DNA from: a virus
Taxonomy: Duplodnaviria; Caudoviricetes
Reading direction: 5' to 3' (one strand)
Length of the DNA: 38,424 bases
IMG/VR virus record: IMGVR_UViG_3300033232_000040
Span: 1-38,424 of that record
The position numbers and the translations under genes were made by a program. The notes below the pieces were generated by a model. That model saw only the letters and a program-made list of their open reading frames with translations, was not told the origin of the DNA and did no database searches. Positions 9,221-17,283 of this stretch are shown piece by piece. Each line of letters begins with the position of its first letter. Position 1 is the first letter of the stretch.

Positions 9221-9562
9221 GTTTTTTGCGCGACCCTTCGGCGTCTGCGACTCCAGGAATGCCGAGACCACGGCAGGCATGACCGGCCAGATATTCAGCA
9301 CCATTTCGCGGTTGGCTTCGCTGAACGGCAGGTCGTTGCCGTCCTCGTCCTGGATGCCGCGCCAGCCCAGCAGCACGTCGGCCACCAGGTCGGGGTCTTT
9401 CAGCTCGCCCGCCGTTGCGCGGGTGGTGATATCAACGAACTCCTCGCGCGAAATGCGCTTAAAAATCGCGTCGAACGTGTAGTTCTGGCGCTTGCCGTTG
9501 TCGCCGGGGATCTCGACGCTGACGGGATAGCTGAAACGGTCGGTTTGTCCGATCTTGAACAT
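9218..9562 (-). CDS. Tail assembly chaperone (lambda gpG analogue)
   Basis: 114 aa after the tail tube. VLLGWRGIQDEDGNDLPFS motif, ends GRAKN. Confidence 0.8.
   Translation of the reverse strand: MFKIGQTDRFSYPVSVEIPGDNGKRQNYTFDAIFKRISREEFVDITTRATAGELKDPDLVADVLLGWRGIQDEDGNDLPFSEANREMVLNIWPVMPAVVSAFLESQTPKGRAKN
9221..9227 (-). other. -1 programmed ribosomal frameshift site A AAA AAC
   Basis: GCA AAA AAC TAG at the end of the chaperone gene, with the -1 frame open to 8853. Confidence 0.75.
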
Positions 9563-9571
9563 GGGTTTTCC

Positions 9572-10537
9572 TTAAATAGCGACGATCTTCAGCTCGTCGT
9601 TGCCGGCGTCTGGGGTGAACAGGCAGTCGAACTTGACCAACGCGCGGCCGTCCTTGTCCTCGTAGCTCGGGTTGGTGAGCTGGGTTTTGGGGGCAAACAC
9701 CAGCACCTTGTAGCCGGCCGTGGTGCCGTGCACGATGCCCAGGCCGGTGAGGGTGTTGGCCTTCACCTCGTCCATCTTGGTCACATGCTGCGCGGCGGTG
9801 AGGTCGAGCGTGACGCTGCCCTTGGCCTCGCGCTGGGTGATGTCGACCGATTCGCCGCCCAGCAGCGGAATATGCGACACCGTATTGCCCAGGTCCCACT
9901 CCAGCCCCAGCGAGGGGAACATGGTGCCCGCCACCAGTGCGCCGGCGGAATAGGTGCAGCCCAGGGTGAGGTCGCCGGTGTTGGGGTCGGTGATCACCAG
10001 CGGGGTTTGCCAGGCGGTAAGCGTGGCGGTGGGGTTGGCCGCGGCGGTAATGCCGCCGTCGATGCCGGTGAACTTGAAGCTCATCACCGGGCGCTCGCCC
10101 ACGCCCATCTTGCCGGAGACGGTGCCGCGCGCGCCGATCAGCTTGTGCAGCACGCCGTCCAGGTGGTAGTAGATCGTGAGCGACTTGGTGGCGGTGCCGT
10201 CGGTGTTGGGGTCGTAGGCCACGGAAACGCCGGCGCTGATCGTCTCGGTCATCGCGCAGGCCTGCAGCAGCGGCCCCCAGGCGGGTGCCGTGCCCAGCGT
10301 GCCCGATCCGGTCAGCTCCACGTCAAAGCTCACCCCCACGTTGGCCGCGCCGGCCAGCTGCTCGCTGCTGCCGAAATACGGGCGGATCAGGTCGCGGCTG
10401 ACGTTATTGGCGTTGTACTGCTCGATCGACATATTGCTGACGAGCAGCGCATTGGCGGCGCCCGTAGGCACCGGGTCGGTGCCGTAGGTCACTTCCAGTT
10501 TCGCCAGGATGGCGGCATTGCGGATAAAACGAGACAT
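9572..10537 (-). CDS. Major tail tube protein (siphovirus-like)
   Basis: 321 aa, AILAKLEVTYGTDPVPTGAANALLV start. No sheath gene present. Confidence 0.85.
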   Translation of the reverse strand: MSRFIRNAAILAKLEVTYGTDPVPTGAANALLVSNMSIEQYNANNVSRDLIRPYFGSSEQLAGAANVGVSFDVELTGSGTLGTAPAWGPLLQACAMTETISAGVSVAYDPNTDGTATKSLTIYYHLDGVLHKLIGARGTVSGKMGVGERPVMSFKFTGIDGGITAAANPTATLTAWQTPLVITDPNTGDLTLGCTYSAGALVAGTMFPSLGLEWDLGNTVSHIPLLGGESVDITQREAKGSVTLDLTAAQHVTKMDEVKANTLTGLGIVHGTTAGYKVLVFAPKTQLTNPSYEDKDGRALVKFDCLFTPDAGNDELKIVAI

Positions 10538-10543
10538 GATCGA

Positions 10544-10693
10544 TTACTCCTTCGAAGCGCCGCCGTGCGGCTTGCGAACCCGGCCGTATTCGGCCTGGTC
10601 GATGGGTTTGGCCGGCTTCGGCGCGAGCTGCGCCTTGGCCTGCGCTGCGGGGGCCGGCAACTTTTCCGGGGCGGGGGTTTTATCTGCTGACAT
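10544..10693 (-). CDS. Small Pro/Ala/Lys-rich hypothetical protein (49 aa)
   Basis: MSADKTPAPEK...GGASKE fills the gap between gp37-like and tube genes. GGAG precedes the ATG. Too short for the ORF track. Confidence 0.55.
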   Translation of the reverse strand: MSADKTPAPEKLPAPAAQAKAQLAPKPAKPIDQAEYGRVRKPHGGASKE

Positions 10694-10694
10694 A

Positions 10695-11117
10695 TCAGTT
10701 CTCCAGGTAATACTCGGTGCGGTAAATTTCCGGCCAGAACAGCGTCTGGTCGTCGTCCCACTGGATCGGCCCGGCCGACACCAGCTCGATCGGCGTATAG
10801 CCCGTGGTTGGCTGCCAGCCGATCAGCGCAGCACGCACCGCATCGACCAGCGATTTAAGTTCAGCCTGCGCCGCCACCCCGGTCGCGGAAGCGCCGTTGC
10901 TCACCGCGATCCACACGCCGAAAGTCTCACTGATGCGCTGCGAGGTGCGGCCGACCAGCGAAACCGTCCCGGCCGACTCCTGCCCCGGCGCGATGTAGCA
11001 GGCAGGCTTGCGCCGGGCCACGCCCTTGGCCGCGACCAGGTCGGCCATGCCGGTGACCGTGACGAGCGCGGTCACCTGGTCGGATATGCGGGTGGCGAGG
11101 GTGGCGAGAGAAAGCAT
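10695..11117 (-). CDS. Tail terminator / Mu gp37-like protein
   Basis: 140 aa, VRAALIGWQP motif, positioned before the tube gene. Confidence 0.75.
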   Translation of the reverse strand: MLSLATLATRISDQVTALVTVTGMADLVAAKGVARRKPACYIAPGQESAGTVSLVGRTSQRISETFGVWIAVSNGASATGVAAQAELKSLVDAVRAALIGWQPTTGYTPIELVSAGPIQWDDDQTLFWPEIYRTEYYLEN

Positions 11118-11123
11118 GGCACC

Positions 11124-11166
11124 ATCGTAGGCGGCGCGCGCGCAGGGCTCTATTAATCGAGGTTAC
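11124..11166 (-). promoter_or_regulatory. Mor/C-type late promoter (tail operon)
   Basis: GTAACCTCGATTAA, 23 bp, TACGAT, 6 nt, ATG. Confidence 0.7.
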
Positions 11167-11182
11167 AGAAAGCGGCGGCAAG

Positions 11183-11207
11183 AAAAAGCCGCCCGGGCGG
11201 GGCGGCT
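11183..11207 (-). terminator. Intrinsic terminator ending head operon
   Basis: AGCCGCCC-loop-GGGCGGCT followed by a T-run on the minus strand. Confidence 0.75.
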
Positions 11208-11236
11208 GCAGGCGGGGGCGCGGCGCGCGTGTTCGC

Positions 11237-11656
11237 TCAGTCGCGCGCGAACACACGACCGCCACTGGTCATTTCCGGCAGGCCGGCGCTGTTGGGGGCG
11301 GCGGTTTCGGTGGCGGCGCCGAGGGTGGCGCGGCCGGCGGCCACGTCGCGCAGCCAGGCCACGCGCTGGGTGTAGCGCCTTTCGATTTCTTCGGTGGCGC
11401 GCAGGCCGGGGCCGCGGGTGAGCTCGTAGCGGGCGATGTCGCAGCACGCTTCGACCAGCACGGCGGGCGTGCTGGCCAACGGGACGCTGTAGCGCACGGC
11501 GAGGTAGTTGTCGGCCAGGGCGTCGGCGGCGGCGAGCGAGCGGGCGAGCACGCTGGCGTCGATGGCGCCGGCGGGCGGAGTGGCGCGGTCGGTGAGCTGG
11601 ATCAGCTCGTCGTCGCCAAACGCCAGGGCCATGTCGGCCTGGGTGGCGTAGCTCAC
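11237..11656 (-). CDS. Head-tail connector, Mu gp36/J (DUF1320)-like
   Basis: SYATQADM...ELIQLTDR...YLAVRYSVPL...CCDIARYEL...WLRDVAAG. Confidence 0.88.
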   Translation of the reverse strand: MSYATQADMALAFGDDELIQLTDRATPPAGAIDASVLARSLAAADALADNYLAVRYSVPLASTPAVLVEACCDIARYELTRGPGLRATEEIERRYTQRVAWLRDVAAGRATLGAATETAAPNSAGLPEMTSGGRVFARD

Positions 11657-12135
11657 GCCAGCACGACCTCTTCAACCGTGAGCAGCGGCTCGGCGATGAG
11701 CGCGGCCACCTGGTCGTCGCTCAGATCGGCCAGCGGGATCTCGGTGGACCGCTTGCTCCAGGCGCGGCCGGCGCGGCGGAAGCCTTCGCGGGCGGCGGTG
11801 ATGCGCAGGCCGTTGGGCGATGCCGGTTTTCCGGTATCGGTGGGGGCGCCGGTGTTTTCGGGGGCATTCGGTGCGGCGGCGTTCGCGCCGGGCGGCTGTT
11901 CGGGCGCACCTGGTGCGCCAGCCCCATCGAGCGCGCCTGGTGCGCCGGGATCTGCGCCCGCGCCGTCTGCCGGATCCGCCGGCGGCTGATTCTCGCCCGC
12001 TGCGGTGGATGTTTTCAGGGCCTCGGCGGCGGCAGCGGCATTCGCTGTTTCGGTGGCTTTCAGTGCGGCAGCTGCAGCAGCTGCGGACGGGGTTTTCGGT
12101 TTCGGTGCTGCGGGCTGGCTTTTGGCCTTGGACAT
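11653..12135 (-). CDS. Mu-like prophage protein (HI1506/gp35-like), low-complexity N-terminus
   Basis: C-terminal LRITAAREGFRRAGRAWS...AEPLLTVEE. Lies between capsid and gp36. Confidence 0.7.
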   Translation of the reverse strand: MSKAKSQPAAPKPKTPSAAAAAAALKATETANAAAAAEALKTSTAAGENQPPADPADGAGADPGAPGALDGAGAPGAPEQPPGANAAAPNAPENTGAPTDTGKPASPNGLRITAAREGFRRAGRAWSKRSTEIPLADLSDDQVAALIAEPLLTVEEVVLA

Positions 12136-12149
12136 GGCAGTTCTCCTGG

Positions 12150-12240
12150 TTGAGGCCGCTCTTCGAAGTGGGCGAGCGGGAGCCGGTTTACCGATGGCGG
12201 CTGGGGTTGCCAGCCGCCATGAATCAACCTGCTACGCCGG
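12150..12240 (-). ncRNA. Structured element downstream of capsid gene (candidate Mu-gpT-DE-like RNA)
   Basis: Perfect 11-bp hairpin ATGGCGGCTGG/CCAGCCGCCAT (12194-12220) with no U-tail, flanked by GGTTGATT/GGTAAACC, plus a second CCGCTC/GAGCGG stem. Confidence 0.4.
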
Positions 12241-12243
12241 GGG

Positions 12244-13290
12244 TCAGCCCGCGCCGGTGGATCCCCAGCTCAGCTGCCAGAAGCCATACAGGCCGGTGGC
12301 CCGCGCCTCGGCGCCGAACTTGTATTCGGCCTTGTTGAACACGTCGTCTGCGCTCATGTCGGTCTGGCTGACGAACACGGGGGCTTTGCGCATCTGGATG
12401 ATGAAGGGCTTGACCGACTGCTTGCTGGTGACATGCAGGAACCACGCGGTGTCGCTGGTGAGGCCGGGGTTGACCAGCACCTTGGCCGTGCCCTGGTAGG
12501 GGTTCTTGGAACCGTCGGCAAACTCGTCCTTTTCCAGCAGCTGGCGGGCGGTGGCTTCCAGCGCGGGCGGCACTTCAAGCGTGTCGGGCACCAGGCGCAG
12601 CGGCATGCCTTCGCTGTCGGTGAACTTCTGGATTCCGGTGCGCGCTGCACCGTAGCCCGCATCCGCCAGTGCGCGGCTCGCAGCCGACAGCACCGCGGTG
12701 CCCTTGTTGCTGACGCTGGAGGCAACGCCGTCGCTGTTTTTGAGCGGATGGTCGACGTCGTAGAAGTACTGGCCGTCCATGCACTCGCTGGTGAAGGCGG
12801 TGTTCTTCAGGTCGTCGACGATGATGTCGCGCAGCTCGCCGGCCGATTCGCCCGCGCCCATTGCCTGGGTGTTGTAGATGCCGAGACGATCGTCCTCGAT
12901 GTCGTTGCGCAGAACGCCGATGGTGGTTTCCCAGTCTTCGTTCTTCTTGTAATACTTGCCGGCTTCCAGCGCCTTGACGAACTTCTCGCCCACCCACTTG
13001 CGCATCTTGGGAAAGCGGCTCAACCAGGCGTAATCCTCGCCGGCGCCGGTGGACTGCACTTCCATCGCGGTGGCCTGCCAGGTGCCGGGCTCGGCCTTGA
13101 GGGTGTTGTTGAAGATGGTCTTCAGGCCGGTGAAGATCGAATCCAGCGCCGACTTGTTGACCAGCATGCCGCCGATGCCGATCAGGGCCAGGCTCGGGTC
13201 GAGCTGAGGCATGGCCGCAAAGGCAGGGGCGGCGACGAAGGCCATGACGGCCAGGCCCACCAGGGTTGCAAACTTCCAGATGCTTTTCAT
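12244..13290 (-). CDS. Major capsid protein, Mu gpT family, with 41-aa N-terminal signal-peptide-like extension
   Basis: EDYAWLSRFPKMRKWVGE, IEDDRLGIY, CMDGQYFYDVDHP and GLYGFWQL motifs. AGGAG RBS 7 nt before 13290. Confidence 0.93.
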   Translation of the reverse strand: MKSIWKFATLVGLAVMAFVAAPAFAAMPQLDPSLALIGIGGMLVNKSALDSIFTGLKTIFNNTLKAEPGTWQATAMEVQSTGAGEDYAWLSRFPKMRKWVGEKFVKALEAGKYYKKNEDWETTIGVLRNDIEDDRLGIYNTQAMGAGESAGELRDIIVDDLKNTAFTSECMDGQYFYDVDHPLKNSDGVASSVSNKGTAVLSAASRALADAGYGAARTGIQKFTDSEGMPLRLVPDTLEVPPALEATARQLLEKDEFADGSKNPYQGTAKVLVNPGLTSDTAWFLHVTSKQSVKPFIIQMRKAPVFVSQTDMSADDVFNKAEYKFGAEARATGLYGFWQLSWGSTGAG

Positions 13291-13325
13291 TTCGTGCTCC
13301 TAATGTTTCGAATGGTTGGCTTGGT

Positions 13326-13736
13326 TTACAGGCCCATGCGGACCCAGACGCCAGCGCTGTCGACGTCGACGATGACGCCGGCGGCGCTGCGGGAGGCGGT
13401 GCCGTCGGTCAGGGCCACGGTCTGGTCGTCGACGATGTAGCAGGTGTCGCCGATGTGAGCCTTGGTGATGAGGTCGGCGGCGGCGCTGTTGCCGAAGCGG
13501 AACACGCCGCTGCGGACCTTGGCTTTGACCGCGGCGGCGGCGCCGGCGGAGTTGTCGACGTTCTCGACAAACATGCCGACACAGATCTGGCCGGTGGCGG
13601 TAGCGCCGGGGGTGACGTTGCCGGATGCGTTCAGCATGGCGATGCCGCCAGCGAAGCAGGCCACGGCAGCGGCGTCGTAAGAAAACTCGTCACCCGGGCG
13701 TTGAGCCGTGGCGCGATCAGCGGTTAATGCAGACAT
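13326..13736 (-). CDS. Head decoration / cement-like protein
   Basis: 136 aa between protease and capsid. IGDTCYIVDDQTVA...AGVIVDVDSAGVWV. Confidence 0.7.
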   Translation of the reverse strand: MSALTADRATAQRPGDEFSYDAAAVACFAGGIAMLNASGNVTPGATATGQICVGMFVENVDNSAGAAAAVKAKVRSGVFRFGNSAAADLITKAHIGDTCYIVDDQTVALTDGTASRSAAGVIVDVDSAGVWVRMGL

Positions 13737-13770
13737 TGCGTTCTCCTGTCTTGAGTGGGGTCAGCGGCAA

Positions 13771-14811
13771 TCAGGCGGCAGCCTGTTCGCCCAGCGTGGC
13801 CTTGTAGTCTTCGGGCTTGATGCCCATCGACTTGCACACGGCCAGATCGGTGCCGGACAGCTCGCCGTCGGCGCGGCCATCGGGCACGCGTCCGCCGGTC
13901 TGATTGCCGGTCAGCGCCGCAATCGCCGGGTTTTTCTCGATGTACGTCTTGAGCGCGGCCAGGTCCGACTTGCCCAGGTCGCGCGCCCAGCTCTCCATTG
14001 CCGGCAGCAGCTTGCCGCTGGCCTTGGCGGCGCTGATCACGTCGTCGACTTCTGACTGGTTGAGGCGGGTGGACAGCGAAGCCACCTGCGTCTGCAGCGC
14101 GGTCACCGTTTCCACCGGGACGAACTTGGCGGGGTCGGGCGACTGCGTCTTGAGCGCGGTGGTTTCGGTGGTCAGCGCGGCGATGCGGGTTTCCTGCTCG
14201 GCGTGCTTGGTCGTCAGCGCGGTGAGGGCGACGGTAATGTCCGCCTCGCTCGCGTCAGCGGCCAGCCCGAGCAATACGGCGATTGCTTTCATCGGTTGGT
14301 CCTTTGGGTTGGGCTCTTGCGAGCGGGTGAAAAACTCGTGTGCCAGGGCAGCGACGGCATCCATGCCATCGAGCGCCGGGTTGTTGGTGAGCGCCGCCAT
14401 TTCCATGCGCAGCACTTCGCCCGTGCGCTTGTCGTAGCTGAGCACCGGGGAAATGAATTTGTATTCGCCGGCGTCGATGTGCGCCTTTGCCTTGGCCGTC
14501 CACTCCACGCCCGTGGCGTAAAGGCCATCCCCTTCGCGCCATTCCAGCTTGCTGAACCAGCCAGCGGCGGGCGCGGGCAGACCGTTCTTTTCGCTGGCCA
14601 GCGTCTGGTGCTCGTAGTCGATCACGAAGGGAGTCTTGCGCAGCGCGGCGCGGGCAATCACCAGGGCGGCGGAGGCGGCGTCCATCACCCAGCCGGCAAT
14701 GCCGACGGGGCGGCCGTCGCGGGCCTTGAATGTCCCGGCGGGCGTGAGCTGGATCTCACCCCCGGCAGCGGGGGCGATGGCAAAACTGAGGGCGGCGTAT
14801 TCGATGCGCAT
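13771..14811 (-). CDS. Mu gpI-like head maturation protease/scaffold
   Basis: FKARDGRP, IDYEHQTL, PAAGW, EYKFISPV and ALTNNPALDGM motifs. Start moved to ATG 14811, just after the late promoter. Confidence 0.92.
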   Translation of the reverse strand: MRIEYAALSFAIAPAAGGEIQLTPAGTFKARDGRPVGIAGWVMDAASAALVIARAALRKTPFVIDYEHQTLASEKNGLPAPAAGWFSKLEWREGDGLYATGVEWTAKAKAHIDAGEYKFISPVLSYDKRTGEVLRMEMAALTNNPALDGMDAVAALAHEFFTRSQEPNPKDQPMKAIAVLLGLAADASEADITVALTALTTKHAEQETRIAALTTETTALKTQSPDPAKFVPVETVTALQTQVASLSTRLNQSEVDDVISAAKASGKLLPAMESWARDLGKSDLAALKTYIEKNPAIAALTGNQTGGRVPDGRADGELSGTDLAVCKSMGIKPEDYKATLGEQAAA

Positions 14812-14818
14812 GCCGGCC

Positions 14819-14861
14819 ACGATAGGCACGTGGCGAGGCGCAGTCTTTTAACCTGGGTTAA
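14819..14861 (-). promoter_or_regulatory. Mor/C-type late promoter (head operon)
   Basis: TTAACCCAGGTTAA, 23 bp, TATCGT, 7 nt, ATG. Confidence 0.7.
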
Positions 14862-14929
14862 GTTTTACGAGGGGTGCTGCGGGGGAAAAGCGGGCGGCGG
14901 CGGAAAGCGCACCCAGCGCGCGCATCCGG

Positions 14930-15025
14930 GGTGCGGGTTTGGCGGTTTCGATTGCCGCCCGAATCGATTTAAATCGCGCGGACGGCTCCTAGGTCGTCGG
15001 GGGCGGTTTGAAGGGCTGAGATTGG
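14930..15025. other. Candidate strong-gyrase-site-like region
   Basis: Palindrome CGATTTAAATCG (14965-14976) in the non-coding DNA upstream of gene I. The Mu SGS lies between G and I. Confidence 0.3.
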
Positions 15026-15028
15026 CTC

Positions 15029-15283
15029 CTAGCCATTTCCGTCTTCGGGATGGCGCACCTGCTGCACCAGCCCCTCTTCAAGAATGCGCACCATCCCCAG
15101 CGAGAACAGCGGATCGCGGTGTGACTCGCCGGCGGTATCTGCCACGAATGCGCTCCGCTTCATCTGCGCAACGTAGGCGATGCCGACCACCTCGCCGCGC
15201 GTAGCCTCCCTCAGCAGATACGTCAGGGCTTCCACTACATCGTCCGAGATGTGCCCAGTTGCCAGCCTGAATGGTTTTTTCAT
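15029..15283 (-). CDS. Hypothetical protein co-transcribed with repressor
   Basis: 84 aa, ATGA overlap with the repressor stop. Similar to 25866..26162. Confidence 0.7.
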   Translation of the reverse strand: MKKPFRLATGHISDDVVEALTYLLREATRGEVVGIAYVAQMKRSAFVADTAGESHRDPLFSLGMVRILEEGLVQQVRHPEDGNG

Positions 15284-15792
15284 GACGTGTCCTTTTTGGT
15301 TTTCTTGCCAGCGGGTTCAGCCTGCCCGATCGTGAGCGGACGCTTTTCCTGCCCGGCCTGAAATTTGACCTTGCCTGGCTGCGCCCCTGCGCCATACCGC
15401 TGCCTAGGTTTGTAGCCGGACGCCGCCTTTGGCGCGGACTCAGCCAGCATGCGCAACGCCGCCCTCTGCATTTCCTCCGAGCTGCGACGGTAGCTTTCGA
15501 GCAGCGCTGATTCGTCTTCGCTGAGACCGTAGGGCTGCAAGTTCTGGTTGACCTGGTGCGGCGCGGCCTCGGGCTGATCTCCATGCAACAGCCAGTCGAG
15601 CGTCACCCCGTATCGCTCAGAAAACGACTCCAGCTCATACAGCGGCACTTTCTGCCGCCGCTTCCACGTTCTGATCGTGTTGTGCGGAATCCCCAGCGCC
15701 AGCGCATGACTCTTGAAGTGGGCACCCTCGCCCAGCATCGCCTCGACCATGCGGTCGAGCACGTGATCAACAGAGCTTTCCGGTTTCGACAT
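15280..15792 (-). CDS. Phage repressor (CI-like HTH)
   Basis: ALALGIPHNTIRTWKRRQKVP...GVTLDWLLHG, LSEDESALLESYR. Divergent from the ner-like genes. Confidence 0.85.
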   Translation of the reverse strand: MSKPESSVDHVLDRMVEAMLGEGAHFKSHALALGIPHNTIRTWKRRQKVPLYELESFSERYGVTLDWLLHGDQPEAAPHQVNQNLQPYGLSEDESALLESYRRSSEEMQRAALRMLAESAPKAASGYKPRQRYGAGAQPGKVKFQAGQEKRPLTIGQAEPAGKKTKKDTS

Positions 15793-15809
15793 TTATTTTC
15801 CATACCCCC

Positions 15810-15856
15810 TTGACATGATTCAAGTTGAAGCAATAGACTTGCTTCAACTTGAATCA
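15810..15856 (+). promoter_or_regulatory. Early promoter with double operator (18-bp perfect inverted repeat)
   Basis: TTGACA (15810-15), 18 bp, TAGACT (15834-39). Arms TGATTCAAGTTGAAGCAA / TTGCTTCAACTTGAATCA each contain TTCAA-N-TTGAA. Confidence 0.8.
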
Positions 15857-15906
15857 CACGGCAACACGCAATGAACACTTTAACCAACACTAAAACGGAG
15901 GGCACC

Positions 15907-16134
15907 ATGCTCCGCACACCCACAGAAGTCCGCGAGGACTTCAAGCACAAAGGCCTTTCCATTTCCCAGTGGGCCACCGCCAACGGCTACAGCACCAACC
16001 TGGTGTTCGAAGTCCTGGCCGGCCGCAAGAAGGCCGTTCGCGGCCAGTCCCACAAGATCGCCGTCGCCCTCGGCCTGAAGGAGGGCGTGATCGTCACCGA
16101 CGTCGCCCACGCCTTCGACCGCAAGGCCGCCTAA
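15907..16134 (+). CDS. Ner/Cro-like DNA-binding protein (BcepMu gp16-like)
   Basis: MLRTPTEVREDFKHKGLSISQWATANGY...RGQSHKIAVALGLK. GGAGG RBS before 15907. Confidence 0.85.
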   Translation: MLRTPTEVREDFKHKGLSISQWATANGYSTNLVFEVLAGRKKAVRGQSHKIAVALGLKEGVIVTDVAHAFDRKAA

Positions 16135-16156
16135 CCAACCCGATCCCGGAGCGCAC

Positions 16157-16480
16157 ATGCAACACACGCCAACCCGCCCCTACGCACTTGCAGCAGCCCA
16201 GCTCGCAAGCGAAGTCCTTAAGGACATCAGCGACCTGATCCCTGCCTCCTATCAGCCGGAAGCCACAACCAACGACAAGGCTCAAGCCGACCAGGTCAAG
16301 CAGCAATTCCGCGAAAGCGGCATCACGTTCACGGAGTGGGCCATCAAACACGGCTATCACCGCAACGACGTGTACCGCGTCCTCAATGGCCAACTCAAGG
16401 GCAACTACGGCAAAGGCCACGACATTGCCGTGCTGCTCGGCATGAAGGCCAACCCGGCCCTCGACCGCAAAGCCGCCTGA
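16157..16480 (+). CDS. Second Ner-like DNA-binding paralog
   Basis: QVKQQFRESGITFTEWAIKHGY...YGKGHDIAVLLGMK. Confidence 0.8.
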   Translation: MQHTPTRPYALAAAQLASEVLKDISDLIPASYQPEATTNDKAQADQVKQQFRESGITFTEWAIKHGYHRNDVYRVLNGQLKGNYGKGHDIAVLLGMKANPALDRKAA

Positions 16481-16504
16481 TCCACCCCTTACCAGGAGCG
16501 CACC

Positions 16505-16714
16505 ATGCAAACCGTATCGATCAACCACCCCCACGCACAGACCGCCGTGCTGCTGGCTCCCTTCAACCAGCCCGACCGCGACTACGTCAACGACACCCTG
16601 GCCGCGTCCGGCACCCCGCGCCGCCTCTACACCCCGGCCCGCGTGCTGCGCGCTGCCAAGTTGATGGATGACATCGCGGCGATGAAGCAGCCCGCATTCG
16701 CCAAGGCCGCCTGA
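16505..16714 (+). CDS. Hypothetical protein
   Basis: AGGAG RBS, phage-like codon usage, 69 aa. Confidence 0.6.
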   Translation: MQTVSINHPHAQTAVLLAPFNQPDRDYVNDTLAASGTPRRLYTPARVLRAAKLMDDIAAMKQPAFAKAA

Positions 16715-16803
16715 ACCATGAATCCATTTTATCTGCTGACACGCTGTTTCATAGGCGCAACCGCCAGTTTTGTTTGCGGCTGCGTAAAAACCCGGAGGCC
16801 GCA

Positions 16804-17283
16804 ATGAACCGCCGGAATTGGAGGACTGTCAACCCGCGCTCGCTGCGCGAGGCGATCGAGCTGTGCAAGGACTACGCGCTGGAGAAGCACCGCCGCAACG
16901 TTGACCGCATCGCCGAGCTGGCGGGCGAGGAATCGCAGTGGACGGTTTACGGCTGGCTGCGCGACGGCTCGATCCCCGGCAAGAAGATCCACGCCTTTCA
17001 GCACGCCTGCGGCTGCGACTTCATCACCCGCTGGCTGGCGCACAGCAGCGGCATGCTGCTGATCCCCGCCCCCACCGGGCGCCTCGTCGAGGTGGACGAC
17101 GTGCACCGCCTTCAGGGCACGCTCAACGGGGCCGTGGCCGCGCTGCTCGGCTTTGCCGCCGGGCAGATGGACGCCGACCAGGTAGGCGCCGAAATCACCG
17201 TCGCGCTGGAAGCCCTGGCGTGGCACCGGGAAAACGCCGCCCGCTCGCACCAGCCCGAACTGGAGCTGAACAACCATGAGTGA
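16804..17283 (+). CDS. Conserved Mu-like early protein (putative DNA-binding regulator)
   Basis: MNRRNWRTVNPRSLREAIELCKDYA...ACGCDFITRWLA. GGAGG RBS. Confidence 0.75.
   Translation: MNRRNWRTVNPRSLREAIELCKDYALEKHRRNVDRIAELAGEESQWTVYGWLRDGSIPGKKIHAFQHACGCDFITRWLAHSSGMLLIPAPTGRLVEVDDVHRLQGTLNGAVAALLGFAAGQMDADQVGAEITVALEALAWHRENAARSHQPELELNNHE

Noticed and set aside
16718-16807. 29-aa ORF MNPFYLLTRC... overlapping the 16804 start
   Set aside because: No RBS and atypical codons. Possible but unsupported.
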